Source of the DNA: Anaeramoeba ignava BMAN
Taxonomy: Eukaryota; Protista; Anaeramoebae
DNA length: 64,000 bases
Direction of reading: 5' to 3'
Assembly (NCBI GenBank): GCA_028826165.1
Contig: JAPDFW010000063.1
Location: 682,001-746,000 of the forward strand
Part shown: positions 55,701-64,000 of the stretch, piece after piece
Position numbering within the stretch: the first letter of the stretch is position 1
Layout of the letters: each line of letters opens with the position of its first letter
Made by a program: the position numbers and the translations under genes
The notes under the pieces: generated by a model
The model's input: the letters and a program-made list of their open reading frames with translations, nothing else
Told to the model about the DNA's origin: nothing
The model's database searches: none

Positions 55701-58452
55701 GTCCAAATGCTATTTTCATGTTTTGTTCCTTGAATTTTTTGTTTTGTAAGAAATGTGATAGAAAAATCATCTCGTTTGTACTTGCATAAAAAAATACTGC
55801 GTTTTGTTGTTTAAAGCTTTTTGATGCTGAATTGTAGTAATGTTCTGCTTGATCAAATCTTCGTAGGAAAAATAAATAATCTGCTATTAATCGTTTTTTT
55901 AATTCCATTGATCCTTTTTCAAATCTTGTTGTTTTTGTTTGTTTATCTTTTGGTTTTTTGCTGATTAATTTTTTAAATCTATAATTTTTATATTAATTTT
56001 TTATAAATTTTTATTAATTTTATAAATGAATTTTAATTTTAATTATAAATTTAATTTTAATTTTTTATATTAATTTTAATTTTAATTTTAATTTTAATTT
56101 TAATTTAATTTTAATTTTAATTTTAATTTTAATTTTTTATATTAATTTTAATATTAATTTTAATTTTAATTTTAATTTTAATTTTAATTTTAATTTTAAT
56201 TTTAATATTAATTTTAATTTTAATTTTAATTTTAATTTTAATTTTAATTTTAATTTTAATTTTAATTTTAATTTTAATTTTAATTTTAATTTTAATTTTA
56301 ATTTTAATTTTAATTTTAATTTTAATTTTAATTTTAATTTTAATTTTAATTTTGATTTTAATTATAATTATAATTTTAATTTTAATTTTAATAATTTAAA
56401 TTTTATATTTCTACTTCTTTTTAAATCCTTTTTTTGATTGTGCAAATTCTTTTGAAATTATATCAATTTTTTTTTCTAAAAATGGAATTAAAGCTTTTGT
56501 TAAAAATGAATCCATAAAATTGCTAATTGAAGTAAGATCATTTGCATTTAATCTTTTTCCAAAAGAATTTTCTGCTAATTGTTTTGTTGTAAAAGGGATA
56601 AAATTTTTACTCCAAATATCTTGCATTTTTTGATTAATTTCATTATCAGCAATTGAATTAATTTTGAGAAAAAAACAATGTTCTGATCCAACAATCTTTT
56701 CTAATTTTTGAAACATTTCCATTCCTCTTTAAAATATAAAAGTGTTTTAATTTTAATTTTAATTTTAATTTAATTTTAATTTTAATTTTAATATTAATTA
56801 TAATTTTAATTTTAATTTTAATTTTATAAATTTTAATTTTAATTTTAATTTTAATTTTAATTTTAATTTTAATTTTAATTTTAATTTTAATTTTAATTTT
56901 AATTTTAATTTTAATTTTAATTTTAATTTTAATTTTAATTTTAATTTTAATTTTAATTTATTTTAATTTTAAATTTAATTTTAATATTAATTTTAATTTT
57001 AATTTTAATTTTAATTTTAATTTTAATTTTAATTTTAATTTTAATTTTAATTTTAATTTTAATTTTAATTTTAATTTTAATTTTAATTTTAATTTTAATT
57101 TTGATTTTAATTTGAATTTTAATATTAATTACTTTCGTTCATCAGAATTTGCTATATCATGAAGTACAACATAATATCTTAAAATATCACTATTAATATC
57201 ATTTTCTCTCATAAATTGAGGAGGTTTTGATGGATCAAATTGTTCTAAAAATTTACCAAGTGTTAAACTTGGATCTGGAATATTACTACTAATAACAGAA
57301 ATACAAGCAACTGGATGGTCAATTGATTCAAATGGAGAACATCTTAAAGAACGTAATAAATGTCCTCGATATTTTTGAAACCATGGCGTTGGATTTGGAT
57401 TTTCTTTTTTAAATTATAATTTTATAAATGAATTTTAATTTTAATTTTAATTTTAATTTTAATTTTATAAATGAATTTGATTTTAATTTTAATTTTATAA
57501 ATGAATTTTAATTTTAATTTTATAAATGAATTTAATTTTAATTTTATAAATGAATTTTAATTTTATAAATGAATTTAATTTTAATTTTAATTTTAATTTT
57601 AATTTTAATTTTATGAATTGAATTTAATTTTAATTTTAATTTTATAAATGAATTTAATTTTATAATTGAATTTTAATTTTAATTTTAATTTTAATTTTTA
57701 ATTTTAATTTTATAAATGAATTTTAATTTTAATTTTATAAATGAATTTTAATTTTAATTTTAATTTTTTTAATTTTAATTTTATAAATGAATTTTAATTT
57801 TTAATTTTAATTTTATAAATGAATTTATTTTAATTTTAATTTTAATTTTAATTTTATAAATGAATTTTAATTTTTAAATGAATTTAATTTTATAAATGAA
57901 TTTTAATTTTATAAATGAATTTAATTTTATAAATGAATTTAATTTTATAAATGAATTTTGATTTTATAAATGAATTTAATTTTAAATTTAATTTTATAAA
58001 TGAATTTAATTTTTAAAATGAATTTTATAAATGAATTTTATAAATGAATTTTAATTACTTTCTAAAAAAGAATGTAAATCATCAACACAAAAAGAATCAA
58101 AATAACTCTCAACTTTTCCATTTTGAAAATATTCAGAAATAATAGAATTTAATTCTTCTTTAAGAAGGGAATCATTAGGAGGTTTAATTTGATCTATATC
58201 AAGCAATCTAACAGAAAAATTATCAAGAGTAACAACTTCAGGAACACCAGAACTTTGAGGTATTTGAATTGAAACATTTTTTGTGGAAAAAGGTCGAATT
58301 AAATCAACAAATGAAAGATTATTTGTTGAACAAATTTTTTCAGCATCTTCACTTATTGTAATCATTATTAATGGACAAAATTGTTGGAAAATCCATGATT
58401 TAAATGTTTCAAATGGTAATGGTGATTCAAATGGTGGATTTAATATACTCAT
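52708..58452 (-). CDS. TRAPPC8: TRAPP III complex subunit 8 (Trs85); exons 58452-58059, 57403-57133, 56726-56415, 55978-52708
   Basis: Motifs NNLSFVDLIRPF, TPWFQKYR..DHPVACISVISS, RLIADYLF, EQAAYCY and FRKY. Introns of phase 1,2,2 join in frame and are filled with hexamer repeats. Confidence 0.9.
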
Positions 58453-58712
58453 TGTTTTATTTTTATTTTTATTATTTTTATTTTTATTATTTTTATTATT
58501 TTAATCTTTTTTTAAATTTTTTTTTTGGTTAGATTAAAAAAAAAAAATTATAATTATTATTTTAATTATTTTTAAAATGGATTTTTTGTTTTTTAAATTA
58601 AATTTTAAGAAAAAAATGAAATGAAAAAAATGAAAATTAAAAAAAAAGCAAAAAATTTTTTTTTCATTTTTTTTTTTGATTTTTTTCTTCTTTTTTTTTC
58701 TTAAATAATAAA

Positions 58713-61700
58713 ATGGGGAATTCTAATCAAAAAAATACTTCTTTTTTTAGAGAAAATAATTATGAATCTATTAATAATTTTATTCAAAAAAATCAAAATC
58801 AAATTAATCAACAAAATGTAAAAATATAAAAATATAAAAATAATTATTTATATTTTAATAATTAAAATTAATTTCTTTTTCTTTATTTTTTTTAGGAAGA
58901 TTATTTTGTAAATAAAATTTTCTATTTAAAAATTTATAAATTTTTTTAATTTATATTTTTAATTTTAGGGTTTTACATTTTTACATTTTGCAATTTCTGC
59001 TGAATGTTCAAAAGAAATTTTTCAAATTCTTCTTAATTTTAATGCAAATCCAAATATTCAAAATGTTTTTATTTTTATTTTTATTTTTATTTTTATTTTG
59101 AAAAAAAAATACAAAAATTAATGTTATTTTCTTTTAGAATGTAAATTAAAATTTTATTTAAATTAAATTTTTAATTTTAATTTTAAATTTTTTTTAAGAA
59201 TGTAAAAAATAGAAACAAATTCAAGATTTAGATTTAAATTTAAATTTATTATTTAAATTATTTAGGGAGATGATGCTTTTATGTTTGCAATAATTAGAAA
59301 TCTTGATTTTGAAATTTTTAAATTACTTCTTGAAAAACCAATCAATTTTAACACAAAAAATGTTAATATTTTTATATATAATATTAAAAATTTTAAATTA
59401 AAAAATTATAAACTCAAAATTAAAAACAGAAAGTAAATTAAATTATATTTATTTTTTTCTATTCAAATTAATCTTAATTCAATTTATTCTTTTAGTATCA
59501 TAGAAATATTTTTGATGTTGCTTTCCAACATAATTCAAGCTTTGAATTAATTTCTTCTTTAATTGAATCACGTTTAAAAACTGAAATAGAAACAGATTCT
59601 AGTTTTGTAAATAAAGTTTAGAAAGAAATGAAAAAACAAAAACAATTTATCAAAATAATTTTTTAAAAAAATATATATTTATTAAAAGGGTGATTATCTA
59701 ATTAGTGCATTAAAAACTCAACAAACAATAGAGGTTTTGAATATTCTATATTCTAATCTTAAAGAAAAACCTTCTGAAATTTCAGAACAAGTAAAATATT
59801 CTCATTCCAAAATTTTATTATTTTCTAGTTTTTTTTTAACAAAAGAAATTTTCTTTTATAAGGGAAATTCTTTATTACATTTTGCTTGCTATTGGAATGC
59901 AGATGCATCTTTTATTCAAAAACTTGTTAATGATGGAGTTGAAGTGAATAAAATTAATGATGTTAGTTTCATATAATTTCCTTAATAATCCAAAAAAAAA
60001 TAATCTTTTTTTTTAAAAAAAAAGGAAGTAATTTATTTAATTTATAAAAAAAAAAGCATTTAAAAATTATTTTTAAATAAATAAAAAAAAGGGATTTACT
60101 GCATTTCATTATTCAATTATAAACAAATCTAAATTGGAAATTGTTCAATTTTTATTAGATTCTAATGTTGATATTAATTTGAAAGCTGTAAATAAATAAT
60201 TTTGAAATTTTTTATTTTTATATTCAAATCAATTCAATTTTTTAAAAGGGAGTAACTTTTCAATTTTAATTTGAAAAAATGGAGATTAAATTTATTATTT
60301 TATTTTTAGGGAAAAACTCCAATTCATTTAGCTTGTCAAAATAATTCTTCAGAAGAAATTATTAATTTACTATTAGAAAGTGGAGCCAATCCAACTGAAG
60401 AAACAGTTAGATTTATTTTCAAATTAACTTTGATTTTATATTAACTTTGATTTTATATTAACTTTGATTTTTTTTTTTAGCCTGTAATTATTTCCATTTT
60501 TATAATTTTAATTTTAATTTTAATTCAATTTTTTTTAGACAGTAAAAAAAACTATAGATTATTCATTCAAGATTAATTTTAATTTTCATTTTCATTTTCA
60601 TTTTCATTTTCATCTTTTAGGGTGAATCTCCAATTTCATTTGCATGCAAATATGGAAATGAAAATGTTGTGAGAAAACTTCTTGAAAAAAGTGAAAAACC
60701 TATTCAAGTTCCAGAAAATGATGTTAGATTTAAAAATAATAATGAAAAAATGAAAATGAAAATTTTCTTCATTTATTCTGTTTTTCTTTTTTTTAGAATT
60801 CTCCTTTGATAATTGCATCAAAATATCCTCGAATTATTCAACTTCTTGTTGATTCAGGAATCAATATAAATTTTACAATTTTTCATTTTGGAGTAAAAAA
60901 TCAAAAAAAATTTTATATATTTATATATATTTATGTATATTTATATATTTATTAGACAAACAAAACTCCATTAAGTATTATAAATGATGTTGAATCTTGT
61001 GAGATTTTATTGAAAAATGGAGCAAATCCAAATTTAGGAGTTTGAAATCAAATCAAATAACAAATTAAATCAAATAATAAATTAAATCAAATAATAATAT
61101 AAATCAAATAATAATATTAAATCAAATAATAATATTAAATCAAATAATAAATTAAATCAAATAATAAATTAAATCAAATAATAAATTAAATCAAATAATA
61201 TTAAATCAAATAATAAATTAAATCAAATAATAAATTAAATCAAATAATAAATTAAATTAAATAATAATTTAAATCAAATAATAAATTAAATCAAATAATA
61301 AATTAAATCAAATAATAAATTAAATCAAAAAATAAATTAAATCAAATAATAAATTAAAAGAATCCAACACCAATTTTTGGAGCTTGTACAATGGGTCATG
61401 ATAAAAAAATCAAATTACTTATTCAATATGGTGCTAAAATAAATTCTCCAGATGTATATTAATTAAATATATTAATTAAATATATTAATTAAATTTATCT
61501 AAATATAAATCTTTTTAAATAAAAAAAAAGGAAGTAATTCATTTTAAATATCCAAATCAAAAAAAAAAAACTTTTCTTTGTTTCTTTTTCTTCTTCTTTT
61601 TTTCTTAAATTTAAATAGAATGTAAATTTTTTTTTCAAAATTTAAAATTCAAAATATAAAATATAAAATTCAAAATATAAATAGGGAAATTTTCCAATTC

Positions 61701-62803
61701 ATTCACTATGTTCAAGTTACTTTCGGAGTTTAAAATCATTAATTTTATTAATTGAAGAAGGAATTGATTTAAATGTTGAGAATGTGAATAATTTCTTTTT
61801 CTTCATAAAATTATAATTTTAATTTTAATTTTAAATTTAAATTTAAATAGAGAAATGTAAATTAATTAAATATAAATGAATGAAATGAATAGTTTTTATT
61901 CTATATATTTTCTTTAAAAAAAAAAGATTCAAACACCAATTGAAGTTTTTCGTCCAAATTCATATCAAACAGAATTGAATTATTCTTTAGTTCGTAGTTT
62001 TATTTTGGGAGGAGTAAATTTAGAAAGAATTCCAGTAAATATAAGATTATTAAATTTAAAATTAAAAGAAATTTTCTCTTCTCTTTTTTTTATTATTCAA
62101 ATTACTTTTTATTAATTTTTTTTAGCAAAAATTAATTGAAAATGAAAAACTTCAAAAAATCAAGAAAGAATTTTCAATTAATTATGAAAATATTCAGAAA
62201 ATTTATACAGAAAGTATCTTAACAGATTTTACATTCCAAATGTTTGGAAAAGATTATAAAATTCATCGAATTTTTGCAGAAGCAAGAATTGAAGGAAAAA
62301 AAGTAGAAGAAGCAATTGAATTTTTTCGAAACAAAAAATGTGAAGAATTAGAAAGTTTTCTATCATGGATTTATGGAGGATTTTTTGAAAGCAAAATGTT
62401 TAACAGAATGAAGAAATTACTTGTTAAATTTGGAATAAATAAAATTGGAAGAAAAACTGGACCAGTTGGAGTTCAAACTGCAATAGAAAAATTATATAAA
62501 GAAGAACCAACAAAAGATTTTACAATAATTTGTGAAAACAAACCAATTAAAGTTCATAAGTTTGTTTTGCTATTGAAGAGTGAGCTATATAGAGGAATGT
62601 TTTTAAGTGTTAATGATGATTCTAATCAAGTTAATGATTATAGTGGAAAATGTTTTGAAACTGTTTCTACAATTATTCAATTTATTTATTTGGATTGTTT
62701 TAAATCAAAATTATCAAAAAAAATTCGAAAGGAAATGGAAGATGCTTCAGATTATTATCAATTAATTGGATCAAGTTTTGATAATAAACTTACTTTTATT
62801 TGA
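58713..62803 (+). CDS. Ankyrin-BTB protein of about 701 aa in 26 exons: 58713-58817, 58896-58907, 58969-59064, 59138-59140, 59199-59201, 59266-59361, 59430-59432, 59496-59606, 59689-59790, 59863-59961, 60025-60027, 60092-60187, 60249-60251, 60310-60405, 60481-60483, 60539-60541, 60621-60722, 60797-60892, 60956-61039, 61361-61453, 61531-61533, 61619-61621, 61685-61783, 61851-61856, 61927-62034, 62126-62803
   Basis: All 25 introns are GT-AG and phase 0. Thirteen exons of 84-111 nt each encode one ankyrin-like repeat (e.g. GKTPIHLACQNNSSEEIINLLLESGANPTEET). The last exon carries BTB motifs homologous to the 11425-16125 protein (KDFTIIC..IKVHKFVL..SELYRGMF..DYSGK.FET). Confidence 0.85.
61045..61358 (+). 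repeat. 17-bp minisatellite AAATCAAATAATAAATT within intron 19 of the microexon gene
   Basis: Tandem units seen directly. This is the only long intron (321 bp) in the gene. Confidence 0.9.
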
Positions 62804-62859
62804 TTTATTTTGGAAATGAAAATGAAAATGAAAATGAAAATTAAAATGAATTAAAAAAA

Positions 62860-64000
62860 TTATTTCTTTTCTTTTTTCTCAAAAAAACATCTTTCATGAA
62901 CAATTTTTGCTCCTGTTTTCTTATATTCTTCTTTTGATATTAATAATTCTCTGAATTTAGGAAGTGAAGCTAAAATAGATCCTCCAATCCAAACTGTATT
63001 AGCTCTTTGTGATAAAGCAATAACTTTAACTTCTGTATTAAGTGGTGCTAATTGAATAATTTCTTTTTCAATTCTCTCAACAATTCCTGGAAATAAACTC
63101 GAACCTCCTGATAAAACAATATTTCCAAAAAGTTCTTTTCTTAAATTTTCTTCACATTTCATAATTGAATTGTAAATTTTTTGATGAATTGGTGCTCCTG
63201 ATACAAAAAAACTTCCAAAAATATCAGGTGGAAGATAACTTTGAAATAATTCAGATGGTTCAAATAATGCTTCAACACATTTAAATCTTTCATTTCCTAA
63301 TTTAATAATTTTTCCATCTTTTAATTGATAATCAATTTCTTTTGAGTTTTTTAATTCTTCTTGAAAATCCAAAGCAACATAACATGCTTTCTTTTTAATA
63401 TCTTCAATAATTTCTCTTTCTTCAAATGTTTGAAAAGAAAATCCTTTTTGATTTATCATTTTCATTAAATAATCAGTTAAAACTCTTCCTGCTAAATTAG
63501 ATCTCATAATAGCTTCATTAATAGCATATCCTTCATTAAGTGGAACAAAAGAAGTTGTTTGATCACCAATTCCAACAGAAATTCCATTTAATCTTCCAGA
63601 AGCATAAAATGAAAGAACATCAGATAAAGAAATAAAAAAAGAAGGAATATCAAATTTTTCAAACATAATTTCAATCATTTTTTCTCTGTTTGGTTTTAAA
63701 TTAAAAGGAGCTTCAGTCATTAAAATAGGATATTCTTTTGGATCTACTTTTAAATCTTGTTCAAAAACATAATTCCATAATTTTTCCATTTGATCCCAAT
63801 TTGTTATTATTCCATTTTGAATTGGATATTCAATTTTCAAAAATTCTCTTTTTGATTGGACTTCATTTCCAATATAAAAATCTTTTAATTCCAATTCATC
63901 TTTTTTTGTTTCATCTTTTGGTTTTCCTATTATTGAAGGAAAAATTGATTTTGATGTATCATCTCCACTAAATCCAGCTCTTATTGTTGAAGAACCATTA
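62860..64000 (-). CDS. Divergent actin-family protein, partial (5' end beyond the window)
   Basis: NGSSTIRAGFSGDD..IFPSIIGKP, YPIQNGIITNWDQMEKLW, LMTEAPFN.KPNREKM, GNIVLSGGSSLFPGI and VWIGGSILASL. Confidence 0.9.
   Translation of the reverse strand, partial: NGSSTIRAGFSGDDTSKSIFPSIIGKPKDETKKDELELKDFYIGNEVQSKREFLKIEYPIQNGIITNWDQMEKLWNYVFEQDLKVDPKEYPILMTEAPFNLKPNREKMIEIMFEKFDIPSFFISLSDVLSFYASGRLNGISVGIGDQTTSFVPLNEGYAINEAIMRSNLAGRVLTDYLMKMINQKGFSFQTFEEREIIEDIKKKACYVALDFQEELKNSKEIDYQLKDGKIIKLGNERFKCVEALFEPSELFQSYLPPDIFGSFFVSGAPIHQKIYNSIMKCEENLRKELFGNIVLSGGSSLFPGIVERIEKEIIQLAPLNTEVKVIALSQRANTVWIGGSILASLPKFRELLISKEEYKKTGAKIVHERCFFEKKEKK

Noticed and set aside
61851-61856. Alternative 4-nt exon using the AG at 61851-61852
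   Set aside because: It would break the frame. The 6-nt AGAAAT exon keeps the frame and fits the two-residue hairpin pattern.

Overview
Very AT-rich eukaryotic (protist) genomic DNA with GT-AG spliceosomal introns and the standard genetic code. The ankyrin+BTB family, TCATT initiator-like arrays and gene style suggest a metamonad such as Anaeramoeba, but this is inference only. Genes in order: a partial hypothetical gene; a diaphanous-related formin; an intronless ~34-repeat ankyrin-BTB gene with a deleted tandem duplicate; a divergent Mre11; four tandem SV2/SVOP-like MFS transporters; a RasGEF; a Med28-like gene; RBM18; a DPE2-like GH77 glucanotransferase; a WDFY3/ALFY-like BEACH protein with two apparent +1 frameshifts; TRAPPC8/Trs85; a second ankyrin-BTB gene; and a divergent actin. 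Introns and intergenic DNA are inflated by micro- and minisatellites. The main finding is the gene at 58713-62803, which the ORF track largely misses. It has 26 exons and 25 introns, all phase 0, with one ankyrin repeat per exon. Nine single-codon (3-nt) microexons, plus one 6-nt and one 12-nt exon, encode the variable beta-hairpin tip residues between repeats. This makes it a candidate splicing-based system for diversifying a putative Cullin3 substrate receptor. All exon structures were derived by hand and need RNA confirmation.
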